Shown here: positions 8,760-18,933 of the stretch, one piece after another | Layout of the letters: every line of letters begins with the position of its first letter | Numbering within the stretch: the stretch's first letter is position 1 | Origin: an uncultured Thermoleophilia bacterium | Lineage (GTDB): Bacteria; Actinomycetota; Thermoleophilia; UBA2241 | Direction of reading: 5' to 3' | DNA length: 64,000 nucleotides | Assembly: GCA_963702475.1 (NCBI GenBank) | Contig: CAVPCT010000003.1 | Location: 96,001-160,000, forward strand | Translations under genes and position numbers: made by a program | The notes under the pieces: generated by a model | What the model was told of the DNA's origin: nothing | The model's input: only the letters and a program-made list of their open reading frames with translations | Databases searched by the model: none

Positions 8760-10953
8760 GCTCGCCCTCACATCCCTTCCGGCGGAGCTGGCGGCGTCCG
8801 GGCCGCTGACGCGCCGTCGCGCTCTCGCCGGCCGCCGGCGCGCCGCCGGCCTCTTCCTCATCCCACTCGCCGGCCGAGCCGCGCATGGGGTAGTCCGACG
8901 GGACGTAGTTGAGCAGGACCTCGCCGGGCGCGTGCCGCAGCACGAACGTGACGGAGCGCCCCAGCACGTCGTCCTCGGTGTAAAGCCTGCGCAGCGCGCC
9001 CATGATGATCACGTCGCAGCTCCACTCCCGGGCGGTGTCGACGATGGCGCGCCCGGGGTTCCGCGACAGCACGAGGTGCGGCCACGCTTCCACGCCGAAC
9101 TCCTGCGCCACGGCGAGGGCGGCGTCGAGCACGTGCCCCCCTCGCCGCCTCTCCCGTGGCATGGGCGCGTCGAGCGGCAGGTTCATCGGCACCTCGACGG
9201 CGTACACGATGTCGATGATGGCGCCTTTGTCCGCCGCCAGCTGGCAGCCGAGCACCATCATCTCGTCGCTGAGGCGGGTGCCGTCCACCGGCACCAGGAT
9301 GCGCTCGTAGTCGACGTCCGACTGTGCCGCTGCGGGCAGGCGCCGCTCGACCGGTTGGCGCAGCAGCTCCTGACCGGTCGCCCGCCGGTACACGACGTAC
9401 ACGAGCAGGCCACCCGCCATCCAGGCGAAGCCGAGCAGGCGGCCCTCCGGGTGTGTGGCGACCATGAGTGCCCAGATCGCGACGCAGGCGGCGGCGCCGA
9501 CGACGGCCGGCACAGGCACGGAGGCGCCGCCCAGGCGCACGTTGAACGGCACCACGTACGGCCGCGGCAGCGCCGGTTCACGGTAGCGCAGGCGGATGAC
9601 GGAGAGGTGGGTGGCTGCGAAGGCCAGTGCGGCGCCGAAGCCGAACAGCCCGAGGAGCAGCAGGGTGTCCTCGGGCACGAGCAGCACGCCGGCGAGGCAG
9701 CCGAACAGCACGATGCCGACGTAGGGCGCCATGCGGGCCGCGTACACGCGGCCGAGGAACGACGGCGCCTGGCGGTGCCGGGCGAGCGAGTAGAGCACAC
9801 GCGCCGACCCCCCGATCACCGCATTAGCGGCCAGGAGCAGGGCGATCGCCACGATGATGGCCAGCCACGGCCGCAGTAGCCGCTCGAGCCACCGCAGGTC
9901 GTCCGGCAGAGCCGCGATGATGCCCATGAGCGGGTCCTCGAGGTACGCGCTTCCGAGGAGGGTCCCGTGGAGCTCCGCGGCCGGGCCCTGCGGCGTATCT
10001 ACCACGGCGCCCTGCGGCTCCTGTGCCGGGATCACATGGCCGGAGCCCGCGGCGACCACCGGCACGACCACCGTGATGGACGGGTCGGCCTCGTAGACGA
10101 ACACCCCCTCCTCGTCGCCGGGGACGACCGCGACCGGTGCGGTGAGCCCGGTGGACCGGTCGAACGGTACCTGGTTGGAGGTCACCGGCTGGGCGGAGAG
10201 GCCGACCGTCGCGATAGCGACGCTGAGGACCACGATGAGGGGCAGTGCGAGGTTGATGGTGAGCGGCACGTCGCGCGCGGGGCGCAGGGCGCTCTCGGCA
10301 CGGCTCGAGACGGCGTCGAGGCCGGTGAACGCGGCCGCGGCGAGTGGCAGGGCGAAGAGGAGTCGTTCCCAGGTGGGGGCCGTTCCCAGGTCGATCTGGT
10401 CCCAGGCCATGCCCGGGCGGAACAGCGCGAAGAACCCCACAAGGATGACGACGACGAGGGTCGCGAGGCCGAGCACGGCCATGATCGTGTTGAGCCGGGC
10501 GGACTCGTGCAGGCCCAGGAGGTTCAGGGCCACCAGGAGCGCGAGGACGGCGCCGCTGACGAGCAGGTCGTAGGGCCGTTCCTGGAGCTGCGGCCACACC
10601 GAGCCCAGATAGTACGGCACGAACCTGCAGGCGATGGCCACCAGGATCACGGAATCGAGCAGGATGGCCCACGCCGCGCCGAACCCGACGAGCGGGTCGA
10701 AGGCGCGGCGCGTGAAGCTCGCCACGCCGCTGGCCTCGGGCATGGCGGCGGAGGCCTCGGCGTAGGACCAGGCCGTGATCACGAACACCAGGCCCACGGC
10801 GAGGATGAGGAGCGGAGTGACGCCCAGGGCGTACAGGGCGATGCCGCCGAGCACGAAGTAGATCGAGGTGCCGAGGTAGCCGTAGGCGCTGCCGAGCAGG
10901 CCGCCGATCCCGACCAGCCCCCCGAACGTCACCTGCTGTCGCCTTCGCGCCAC
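8695..10953 (-). CDS. APC-family permease fused to a universal stress protein domain
   Basis: About 12 TM segments, GTSIYFVLG, SYAEASAAMPEASG; C-terminal ERILVPVDGT..DVIIMGA USP domain. Confidence 0.85.
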   Translation of the reverse strand: MARRRQQVTFGGLVGIGGLLGSAYGYLGTSIYFVLGGIALYALGVTPLLILAVGLVFVITAWSYAEASAAMPEASGVASFTRRAFDPLVGFGAAWAILLDSVILVAIACRFVPYYLGSVWPQLQERPYDLLVSGAVLALLVALNLLGLHESARLNTIMAVLGLATLVVVILVGFFALFRPGMAWDQIDLGTAPTWERLLFALPLAAAAFTGLDAVSSRAESALRPARDVPLTINLALPLIVVLSVAIATVGLSAQPVTSNQVPFDRSTGLTAPVAVVPGDEEGVFVYEADPSITVVVPVVAAGSGHVIPAQEPQGAVVDTPQGPAAELHGTLLGSAYLEDPLMGIIAALPDDLRWLERLLRPWLAIIVAIALLLAANAVIGGSARVLYSLARHRQAPSFLGRVYAARMAPYVGIVLFGCLAGVLLVPEDTLLLLGLFGFGAALAFAATHLSVIRLRYREPALPRPYVVPFNVRLGGASVPVPAVVGAAACVAIWALMVATHPEGRLLGFAWMAGGLLVYVVYRRATGQELLRQPVERRLPAAAQSDVDYERILVPVDGTRLSDEMMVLGCQLAADKGAIIDIVYAVEVPMNLPLDAPMPRERRRGGHVLDAALAVAQEFGVEAWPHLVLSRNPGRAIVDTAREWSCDVIIMGALRRLYTEDDVLGRSVTFVLRHAPGEVLLNYVPSDYPMRGSAGEWDEEEAGGAPAAGESATARQRPGRRQLRRKGCEGEHVRDHRGMRAGRLNCGETPCG

Positions 10954-11152
10954 TCGCGGGCCTCCCCAGTCCGCACCACGCCCGCCGCCGTCCGGGGCGC
11001 CGCATCGCCGGTGTCGGGTACCGCCGCGGGCTCCCGTGGCTCACGCACGAGCGGCTACGCGTGTGCCGGCACCCTCACTCTAACCGACGGAAGTCCAGTC
11101 GTTCCTCCTTCTTGAGACGGACCCTATCTGATACTTACGGTTGAGACCTCCT

Positions 11153-11911
11153 TCACTGCGCGGTCATGGCCCCGTCGGCGACCAGGACGGTCCCGGTGAC
11201 GAACGACGATTCGTCCGAAGCCAGGAAGAGGGCGCAGTTGGCGATCTCGACCGGCTCGCCGGGGCGCCCGATGGGCTGGAACGAGTCGATCGTCGCGTAC
11301 ACGTGCTCGAGCCCGCCAAGCATCTCCGCGTGTGCGTAGTTCACCGGCGTGTCCACCCAGCCGGGGGCGATCGCGTTGCAGCGGATGCCCTTCTTCACGT
11401 AGTCCAGGGCGATGCCCTTGCTGAGCATGACGATCGCGCCCTTGGAGGCGGCGTACACGGTGAGGTACGGCTCCGCGACGATGCCGTTGACGGAGGTCGT
11501 GTTGATGACGGAGCCTCCGCCCTGCTCGAGCATGTACGGGATGGCGTAGCGGCACCCGTACATGGTGCCCTTGACGTTCACGTCCAGCGTGCGGTCGATC
11601 ACATCGTCCGGTGCCTCGTGGAACACCCCGGGCAGGTTCACGCCGGCGTTCTGGAAGGCCACGTCCAGGCGGCCCCAGCGGCGCACGGTGCCGTCCGTGT
11701 ACTTCTGCACCTCGCCGGGGTCCGAGATGTCGGCGGTCACGGGGAACGCCGCGTCGCCGATCATGGCCGCGGTCTCCTCCACGGTCGCCGCGTCGATGTC
11801 CACGCAGGTGACGAGGGCGCCCTCTTCGGCGAAGCGGATGGCCGACGCGCGTCCGATGCCCGACCCAGCGCCGGTGACGATGGTGACCTTGCCCTCAAGG
11901 CGTCCGCTCAT
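11153..11911 (-). CDS. SDR family oxidoreductase
   Basis: TGAGSGIG, NAG, YAASK, NAIAPG. Confidence 0.92.
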   Translation of the reverse strand: MSGRLEGKVTIVTGAGSGIGRASAIRFAEEGALVTCVDIDAATVEETAAMIGDAAFPVTADISDPGEVQKYTDGTVRRWGRLDVAFQNAGVNLPGVFHEAPDDVIDRTLDVNVKGTMYGCRYAIPYMLEQGGGSVINTTSVNGIVAEPYLTVYAASKGAIVMLSKGIALDYVKKGIRCNAIAPGWVDTPVNYAHAEMLGGLEHVYATIDSFQPIGRPGEPVEIANCALFLASDESSFVTGTVLVADGAMTAQ

Positions 11912-12057
11912 GGTCTCCTCCGATCGGAGTTCAAGCCGGGTCCGGCCCGGCGGCTCGATGCTGTGCGTGGGAGTGAATCTCACCGCCGGGCCTGCGACAA
12001 TCCTCACGACGACGCCTGCGACGGCGTCGTCGTAAGTGCTCCCGGAGGAGGTGGACG

Positions 12058-13815
12058 GTGATGCGGACGTGGACGGTAGCTGCCTATCTTGCTCGGCGGC
12101 TGGAGCAGGCCGGTGCCGGCCACGTGTTCGGGGTGCCGGGGGACTTCTGCCTGCCCCTGTACGACGCGATCGCCTCCTCCGGTCTCGAGACCGTCGTCAC
12201 CTGTAACGAGCTGAACGCGGGGTACGCAGCCGACGGCTATGCGCGCCTCAACGGCATCGGGGCTCTCGCCGTCACGTGGAACGTGGGCGGCTTCAGCGCC
12301 CTGAACGCGGTGGCCGGCGCGAGCGCCGAGCGCGTGCCGGTGATCGCGGTGTGCGGGGCGCCGCCGCGCGCGAAGCGCCCCGGCGGCGTCCTGCACCACA
12401 CGGTCGGGGGCGGCCGGGACGCCCAGTACAGGGCCTACGCCGGCGTCGTGGCCAACGCGGTGCGGCTGGACGACCCCGTCGCCGCACCGGCCCTCATCGA
12501 CAGCGCCCTCGCCCGGTGCGTCGCGGGGCGGTGGCCGGCGTTCATCGAGCTGCCTGTGGACGTGTCGCGCGCGCCGTGCCCGGCGCCGGGGCCGTTCGTC
12601 ACGCCGCGGGCGTCCGGCAGCGACCCCGCGGCGCTCGACGAGGCCGTCGCCCGCGTCCTGGCGCTGGTCGCCACGGCCGGCGAGGCCGGCGTCACCGTGC
12701 TCGCCGGCATCGAGATCGCGCGCTTCGGGCTGGCGGACGACGTGCTCGCCCTCATCGACCTGCTCGGCGCCCGCTTCGTGACGACCGTCCACGCCAAGGC
12801 AGTGCTGCCCGAGAGCCACCCCGGCTTCGCCGGCGTGTTCATCGGCGAGCTGGGCGAGGCGGCGCCGCGGCGCGCCGTGGAGGAGGCCGGCGTGGCCCTC
12901 GCCCTCGGCAGCCTGCTGACCGACCTGGACCTGGGCCTCGACACGGCGCGCATCGACCCCCGCCGTCTCGTGGCGGCGGCGGGCGACCGGGTGCGCGTGG
13001 GGCGGCGCCTGTACCGTGGCGTGACGCTCGCGGATCTGGTGGAGCGGCTGCGCGTCGCGGCTCCGGCCGGACGGCGCGCCACGCGAGCCGGCAGGGAGAG
13101 TCCGTCGCCCGTCGCGCCCCCTCGGCCGGGGGCTCCACTGACGGCGCGCCGCTTCTACGACCTGGCGCGACGTGCGGTGGGCCCGGCCTCCGTCGTGCTC
13201 GCGGACGTGGGCGACGCGATGCTCAGTGTGGCCGGCATGCCCGTGCCGGACGGCGCGACGGTGCTGTGCCAGGCGTTCTACGCCTCAGTGGGCTGGTCGC
13301 TGCCCGCCGCGGTCGGCGCCGCCTTCGCCGATCCGGCGCGCCGGCCGCTCGCGTTCGTGGGGGACGGCGCCTGCCAGATGACGGGGCAGGAGCTCTCCAC
13401 CCTCGTCCGTCACGGGCTCGGGGCGGCGGTGTTCGTCGTGGACAACGGCGGCTTTCTCATGGAGCGCAGCCTGCACGAGGGACCGTTCAACGACCTCAAC
13501 CCGTGGCGCTATGCGCAGCTCTCCGGGGTGTACGGCGGCCCGCCGGGCCTGCTGGTGACGACGGAAGGGGAGCTGGAGGCCGCTCTCGCGCACGTGCAGG
13601 CGCACCCCCGCGAGCTCACGCTCGTGCAGGTGCGGCTCGATCCCCTGGACGCCTCAGACACCCTGCGACGCTTCGGGGACGTCGTCAGGACGGGGCGCAC
13701 GGCGAAGGCAGGCGGGGGGAGCACCGACGGCTGCCGGGGCGGCGTCGGCAAGGGCGGCGACTCCGCGGGGTCCGGCGGCATGTCGCCGGCGGACGGAAGC
13801 GAGGCGGGCTCGTGA
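12058..13815 (+). CDS. ThDP-dependent alpha-keto acid decarboxylase (pyruvate/indolepyruvate decarboxylase family)
   Basis: FGVPGDF, NELNAGYAADGYAR, LHHT, GDGACQMT..N ThDP-binding motif. Confidence 0.9.
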   Translation: MMRTWTVAAYLARRLEQAGAGHVFGVPGDFCLPLYDAIASSGLETVVTCNELNAGYAADGYARLNGIGALAVTWNVGGFSALNAVAGASAERVPVIAVCGAPPRAKRPGGVLHHTVGGGRDAQYRAYAGVVANAVRLDDPVAAPALIDSALARCVAGRWPAFIELPVDVSRAPCPAPGPFVTPRASGSDPAALDEAVARVLALVATAGEAGVTVLAGIEIARFGLADDVLALIDLLGARFVTTVHAKAVLPESHPGFAGVFIGELGEAAPRRAVEEAGVALALGSLLTDLDLGLDTARIDPRRLVAAAGDRVRVGRRLYRGVTLADLVERLRVAAPAGRRATRAGRESPSPVAPPRPGAPLTARRFYDLARRAVGPASVVLADVGDAMLSVAGMPVPDGATVLCQAFYASVGWSLPAAVGAAFADPARRPLAFVGDGACQMTGQELSTLVRHGLGAAVFVVDNGGFLMERSLHEGPFNDLNPWRYAQLSGVYGGPPGLLVTTEGELEAALAHVQAHPRELTLVQVRLDPLDASDTLRRFGDVVRTGRTAKAGGGSTDGCRGGVGKGGDSAGSGGMSPADGSEAGS

Positions 13816-14465
13816 GGTTCGACGCTGTCATCTTCGATCTGGACGGCACCCTCGTCGACACCCTGGAGGACATCGGCGACGCCATGAACCGCGTGCTCGC
13901 CGCCGAGGGCGCACCGCGGCACACCTACGAGGAGTACCGGTACCTCGTCGGCCGTGGGCTGTGGAACCTGGCCGAGCAGGCGCTGCCGGCCGAGCGGCGC
14001 GACGAGGCCATGGTCGCGCAGTGCTTCGCGGCAATGATCGCCGACTACAGCGCCCACAGCCTCATCAGGACGCGGCCCTACGAGGGCGTCCCGGAGCTGC
14101 TGCGGGCGCTCAGAGAGGTCGGCCTGCCGCTGGCGGTGTTCTCCAACAAGTCGCACGACCTGACGCTGCGGATCGTCGAAGCGCTGCTGGACCCGGCGCA
14201 CTTCGTGGAGGTGCGCGGAGCCGTGCCCGGCGTGCCGCTCAAGCCTGATCCGGCGGTGGCTCTCGAGATCGCGGCCGATCTGGGGGTCGCGCCCGCCCTC
14301 GTGGCCTACGTGGGCGACTCCAACGTGGACATGCAGACGGCCGTCGCCGCAGGTATGCCGGCCGTGGGCGTCTCCTGGGGCTTCCGTCCGGCTGAGGAGC
14401 TGCGCGGGCACGGAGCCACCGTGATCATCGACCGGCCCCGTGACTTGCTCGCCCTGCGGACCTGA
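13812..14465 (+). CDS. HAD hydrolase (phosphoglycolate phosphatase-like)
   Basis: GTG 13812 overlaps the upstream stop; IFDLDGTL, SNK, KPDP, YVGDS..D. Confidence 0.9.
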   Translation: MRFDAVIFDLDGTLVDTLEDIGDAMNRVLAAEGAPRHTYEEYRYLVGRGLWNLAEQALPAERRDEAMVAQCFAAMIADYSAHSLIRTRPYEGVPELLRALREVGLPLAVFSNKSHDLTLRIVEALLDPAHFVEVRGAVPGVPLKPDPAVALEIAADLGVAPALVAYVGDSNVDMQTAVAAGMPAVGVSWGFRPAEELRGHGATVIIDRPRDLLALRT

Positions 14466-14555
14466 GCCGGCCGACCACCCTGCGGCGCGCGGCACGCCGT
14501 CTGACCCGGGCCGGGCCGGCGACCGCCGGCGCGGCGGCATCTGCGCCGCCCTGCC

Positions 14556-15374
14556 TCACCCCAGCGCGCCGGCCTCTGTGAGCAGCTCCAGGAAGGCGGG
14601 CATGAGCGCCGGGTGCGCGGCGACGACGGCGGGCCCGCGGCCGTGGGCCGCGGGCCGCAACTCGACGGTCGCACCGGCCTCCCGCGCGATCACCATGCCC
14701 GCCGTGTAGTCCCACGGCGACAGGTCGAGCTCCCAGTAGGCGTCCACGCGCCCCGCGGCGACGTGGCACAGGTCGACGGCGGCGGCACCGGCGCGGCGGA
14801 TGTCGCGCACCCGGGCGAGCAGGGCGGCGACCACGGCGCCCTGGCGCCGGCGCTGCTCGGCGTCGTAGGAGAAGCCGGTGGCGACGAGGGCGCGCGCGAG
14901 GTCCTGCGGTTCGCGCGCCCGGATCCGCCGGCCGTCGCACCCGGCTCCGAAGCCGGCGACGGCCGAGAACAGCCTGCCGGAGGCCGAGTCGAGCACCACG
15001 CCGAGGGCCGGCTCCCCGTCCACCTCGACGCCGATCGAGGCGGCGAAGGACGGGTAGTCGTACACGTAGTTGGTGGTGCCGTCGAGCGGGTCGACGACCC
15101 AGCGGACCCCGCTCGTCCCGTCCATCAGGCTGCCCTCTTCGGCCAGCAGCGCGTCGCCGGGACGCGCGGCGCGCAGCCGCTCGACGATGAGCCGTTCGAC
15201 GCGCTCGTCGATCTGGCTGACCAGGTCGGTCGGCGAAGACTTCGTCTGCACGCGGAGTCCTTCGGCGCGCCCCTTCGCGTGCTCGCGCCCGGCCGCGCGT
15301 GCAAGCTCCTCCGCAAGAGCCAGCAGCTCGCGCAGGCCGGCCGGGGCCGATGCGAAAAGGTCCACGTGGTCCAT
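14556..15374 (-). CDS. Inositol monophosphatase family protein
   Basis: WVVDPLDGTTNY, WDYTAG. Confidence 0.92.
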   Translation of the reverse strand: MDHVDLFASAPAGLRELLALAEELARAAGREHAKGRAEGLRVQTKSSPTDLVSQIDERVERLIVERLRAARPGDALLAEEGSLMDGTSGVRWVVDPLDGTTNYVYDYPSFAASIGVEVDGEPALGVVLDSASGRLFSAVAGFGAGCDGRRIRAREPQDLARALVATGFSYDAEQRRRQGAVVAALLARVRDIRRAGAAAVDLCHVAAGRVDAYWELDLSPWDYTAGMVIAREAGATVELRPAAHGRGPAVVAAHPALMPAFLELLTEAGALG

Positions 15375-15537
15375 GTCGTCGTCTCCGCGGTTCCGATCGA
15401 GGGTTGGTGCCGGTCGATACTACCCCGGGGAGGCCGCCGGCGCCGGTCCGGCCCGCGTTCTCGCTCCGCTGCGCGAACGGGAGTATTCTGGCCCGGTCCC
15501 GCCGCGGCAGCGGCGCCGGCTCCCGGGAGGCGCGCGC

Positions 15538-16305
15538 ATGATCGCCACCGCTTCTGCGTTCTGGTCCCACTGGGCCTGGGCTGCCCTCACGGCCGTGCTC
15601 GGTTTCGTCTTCTTCGGCCTGGTCTTCCGGCAGTACCTCAAGCGCCGGCGCATGCACCAGCTGGCCTGGGCGATCGGCCTCCTGCTCTACGCGATCGCCG
15701 CCGCCATGGAGGCGTACTCCGAGTCCACCGGTGAGTGGCTGCCGTTCGTCTACCGGATCTACATCGTGATCGCCGCGTCCCTGGTCGGCTTCCTGGGGCT
15801 CGGGACGCTCTACCTCGTCGCGCGCAGACGCAGGTGGGGCGACCACTACTTCGTCTTCCTCATCGCCTGCATGGCCGTGTTCTTCATCGGGACGTTCACG
15901 GTGCAGCTCGACATGCACAAGCTCGTTCCCGGCATCACTGTCGGGGGCCAGGCGCTGGGGGAGAGCCTCACCTTTCCGCGATTGATGTCGCTGCCGCTCA
16001 ACATCACCGGCACGATCCTGCTGTTCGGCGGGGCCCTGTGGTCGGTGATCCGGTTCGCGCGCAAGCGCGAGTTCGGCTACCGCGTGTGGGCCAACGTGCT
16101 CATCGCCGCCGGCGCCGCGCTGCTCGCGGCCCTGGGCTCGCGGGCTCGGCTGGGGCAGACCGCCGGCCTGTACCCGGCGGAGATGGTCAGCGCGGCGCTC
16201 ATGCTCGCCGGGTTCCTGCTCGCCGGGACGCTCGACAAGGGCACGAAGGCGCGGCAGGAGACGCGCACGGCGGCGGCCGGCGTCGGCCCGGGCGCCGGCG
16301 CCTGA
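15538..16305 (+). CDS. Multi-pass membrane protein of unknown function
   Basis: ATG 15538 after GGGAGG; about 7 hydrophobic segments. Confidence 0.75.
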   Translation: MIATASAFWSHWAWAALTAVLGFVFFGLVFRQYLKRRRMHQLAWAIGLLLYAIAAAMEAYSESTGEWLPFVYRIYIVIAASLVGFLGLGTLYLVARRRRWGDHYFVFLIACMAVFFIGTFTVQLDMHKLVPGITVGGQALGESLTFPRLMSLPLNITGTILLFGGALWSVIRFARKREFGYRVWANVLIAAGAALLAALGSRARLGQTAGLYPAEMVSAALMLAGFLLAGTLDKGTKARQETRTAAAGVGPGAGA

Positions 16306-16317
16306 GGGGGCCGGCGG

Positions 16318-16776
16318 ATGGACTCGTTCTTCCAGCGCCCCGGCTTCCTGGGCACCGACGGCACCCTCGGTCCCGACCTCTCCCTGCTGCTCTCGCTGGT
16401 CGCCCTGGCGCTGCTCACGCTCGGCGTCGTGCTGGCGCGCCGCAAGCAGTACGAGGCGCACCGCTGGATCCAGACCGCGGCGGTGTGCGTCAGCGTGGTC
16501 CCGACAGCGGCGTGGATGATCCGCTCCCTGAGGCTGTACGTGCTGCCCGGGCTCCCGGGCAACCTGGTCTACGGGTCGTACGTGCTCACCGCTGTCCACG
16601 CCGTCGTGGGCGCCGTGGCCGTCGTCATGGGGGTGGTGCTCGTCGTGCGCGGCACTCAGCTCATGGCGGCCGGCCGCAGCTTGACGGGGTACAGGGCGGC
16701 CATGGGCGTCGCCTACCTGGCCTACGTCGTGGGGACGGCGCTGGGCGTCGCGCTGTACATCGTCCTCTATGCCTGA
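16318..16776 (+). CDS. DUF420-like 4-TM membrane protein
   Basis: Four TM helices with His in ARRKQYEAHRW and AVHAVVG. Confidence 0.65.
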   Translation: MDSFFQRPGFLGTDGTLGPDLSLLLSLVALALLTLGVVLARRKQYEAHRWIQTAAVCVSVVPTAAWMIRSLRLYVLPGLPGNLVYGSYVLTAVHAVVGAVAVVMGVVLVVRGTQLMAAGRSLTGYRAAMGVAYLAYVVGTALGVALYIVLYA

Positions 16777-18088
16777 CGCGGCGCTCCCGGTAGTCTCTTG
16801 CGCCGCGTCGGGTGCGGGCGAGAGCAGGCGCCGGTTCCGCACGCCCGACCGGCGCCTGCTCCTGCTGAGCATCGTGCTGCAGCTGGCGCTGGCGGCGGCG
16901 CTCGGCCACTCCTACGACACGAGGGTCTTCATGGCCGCCGGCTTCATGGTGGGGCACGGCCAGGACCCGTACGTGGCTCGCGACCTCAGCGCCGTGTTCC
17001 AGCACCCCCTGTTCGACGTGATGACCACCGTCGGCTACCCGCCGCCGTGGCCGCTGGCGCTCGGCGGGCTCTATCGCGCGGCATCCTGGCTTTCGTCGTC
17101 GCTGCTCGTGTACGGCGTCGTCATCAAGCTGCCGGTGGTGGCCGCCGCCGTGGGTCTGGCCTACCTCGTCGGCGCCGCGCTGGTGAGGGCGGGCGCCACC
17201 CAGGCAGCCGCGCGTGCGGCCTGGGTAGCCCTGCTGTTCAACCCCTTGGTGCTGTTCGCCGGCGCCGCGTGGGGTCAGATCGACGTGATCGTCGCGCTCC
17301 TCTCGGTCGGCGCGCTAGTGCTCCTGGAGCGCGGCCGCCCGCTGGAGTCGGCCATCCTGCTCGGCCTGGCGATCTGCACCAAACCCATCGGCTGGCCGAT
17401 CCTGCTGGTGGCTCTGGTGTACCTCGGATGGCGGTCGCGGCGGGCTGCAGTCGTGTACGCAGTCGTGGTCCTCGCCACCGTCACCGTGCTCGCGGTGGTG
17501 CCGTTTCTCGTGCTGAATTGGGACGCCACCCCCATCTTTCGGCGCCCCAACGCTCACTTCCTCATGGCCGGCGCCATGTCGTACACCACGGTGGTGCGCC
17601 TCTTCCGCGAACCGCTGGTCCTGCCGGGCCACTGGTGGCTGTTGAGTCTTCTGTGGATCCCGGTCGTCGCCATCGTGGCCGTAGTGGTGCTGCGCCGCGG
17701 CGTCGCCGACTTCGGCGACCTGGTGGCGCGGAGCGCGGCGCTGGTCCTCGCGTTCATGCTGGCGCGCACCTGGGTGGCCGAGCCCAACGCCGTGCTGCTG
17801 GTGCCGCTCGTGCTGGTCCCCGTGGCGCTGGGCAGGGTCGACCGGCGGCTGTTCACGGCGGCTTGGGCGGTGCCGCTGGCGTTCGCCGTCGCCGATCTTG
17901 CCCCGCTCCAGCTGTTGTGGGCGGCGTTCCCGGGGGCGATGGACCGCGCCCTCGCCGTCGCCGGCCGGGTCCGCGACGTCACGCTGGCGGCCCGTGCCTG
18001 TCTGGTGGTCGCGTGGCAGGTGGTCGGCTGGTGGCTCGTGGCGGCGTGCGGGGCGGGATGGACCGGATCACGGGGGGAACGGGCGTGA
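16769..18088 (+). CDS. GT-C fold membrane glycosyltransferase (GT87-like)
   Basis: GHSYD loop, GYPP, IKLP, FNP..AAWGQID, many TM helices. Confidence 0.75.
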   Translation: MPDAALPVVSCAASGAGESRRRFRTPDRRLLLLSIVLQLALAAALGHSYDTRVFMAAGFMVGHGQDPYVARDLSAVFQHPLFDVMTTVGYPPPWPLALGGLYRAASWLSSSLLVYGVVIKLPVVAAAVGLAYLVGAALVRAGATQAAARAAWVALLFNPLVLFAGAAWGQIDVIVALLSVGALVLLERGRPLESAILLGLAICTKPIGWPILLVALVYLGWRSRRAAVVYAVVVLATVTVLAVVPFLVLNWDATPIFRRPNAHFLMAGAMSYTTVVRLFREPLVLPGHWWLLSLLWIPVVAIVAVVVLRRGVADFGDLVARSAALVLAFMLARTWVAEPNAVLLVPLVLVPVALGRVDRRLFTAAWAVPLAFAVADLAPLQLLWAAFPGAMDRALAVAGRVRDVTLAARACLVVAWQVVGWWLVAACGAGWTGSRGERA

Positions 18089-18933
18089 ACGTGCGTGTGG
18101 AGCTGGCCGACGGGCTGTCGCTGGAGATGGTCCCGGCGGGCAGAGGTGATGACGCGGCTGGCGCCGACGGGTTTCCGAGCGCGCGGCTCCAGCGCGGCCT
18201 CCTGCTGCGCGACGGGCCCGCGGATCTGGCCGAGGAGGGGGTCGGTTTCGGCGTGCCGGTCCTCAAGTGCGGCGCGCACACAGTGTTCCCCGGGGGCGCG
18301 GACCTGGAGGTGCGCGAGGACGGCCCGCTGTGCACCATACGGGCCGTCTATCGGATGGACCTGGTGGAGCGCCTGGCCGGTGCCCGCGGCGGCACCCTGC
18401 GGTCGCGGCCGCTGTACGCGGCCAAAGACGCGCTCGCCGCGCTCCACCGGCGCCTGCCGGCGGCGCGTCGCGTCCTCACCGCCGCGTCGAGCGCGTTGCG
18501 CCGACGGTTCCGCTGGCGGACTGTCTACGTGCCGGTCGGACTCTGCGCCGTGATCCCGGTCACGGTGTCCGTCGACCGACGCGACGGCTCCCTCGTCGTG
18601 AGCGCCGCTCTCGGCGGGCTGCCCGCCGGCGCCACTGAGGTCGCGCTGATGAACGAGCAGGGGGCGCGGACCTTCACCCGCTACGAGGACGAAGCGGGCG
18701 CCGTTCTGCTCGGCGGCGCCATCGGCACGTGGGAGGAGGTGACGGCCCCGGTGGCACGCTTCGTCAGCACCGCGCGCCGGGTCTCGTTCGCCGCGGAACG
18801 CGTGGACGGTACGACCCTGTATCGAGGCCGCGAGCTCGTCGGTACTCGTCTGGCGTGGGCCGGCCTCGGGCTGCTCGTCCCGGCGGCCCGCCGGGACGTG
18901 AGCTACACGGTGCGGGTGAGCAGGACGGCGTGA
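18085..18933 (+). CDS. Hypothetical protein
   Basis: GTGA-coupled to both neighbours; EEGVGFGVPVLK and MNEQGA motifs. Confidence 0.7.
   Translation: MNVRVELADGLSLEMVPAGRGDDAAGADGFPSARLQRGLLLRDGPADLAEEGVGFGVPVLKCGAHTVFPGGADLEVREDGPLCTIRAVYRMDLVERLAGARGGTLRSRPLYAAKDALAALHRRLPAARRVLTAASSALRRRFRWRTVYVPVGLCAVIPVTVSVDRRDGSLVVSAALGGLPAGATEVALMNEQGARTFTRYEDEAGAVLLGGAIGTWEEVTAPVARFVSTARRVSFAAERVDGTTLYRGRELVGTRLAWAGLGLLVPAARRDVSYTVRVSRTA

Noticed and set aside
10954-11152. Possible c-di-AMP (ydaO) riboswitch before the APC/Trk operon
   Set aside because: The conserved ydaO motifs are not seen on the minus strand; only a short TTGAGAC direct repeat is present.
12276-14465. Apparent long fusion ORFs in the track (12276-14465, 35006-37825, 27715-29853, 4726-6918)
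   Set aside because: Spurious upstream extensions; the real genes start at 13812, 37073, 28380 and 6234.
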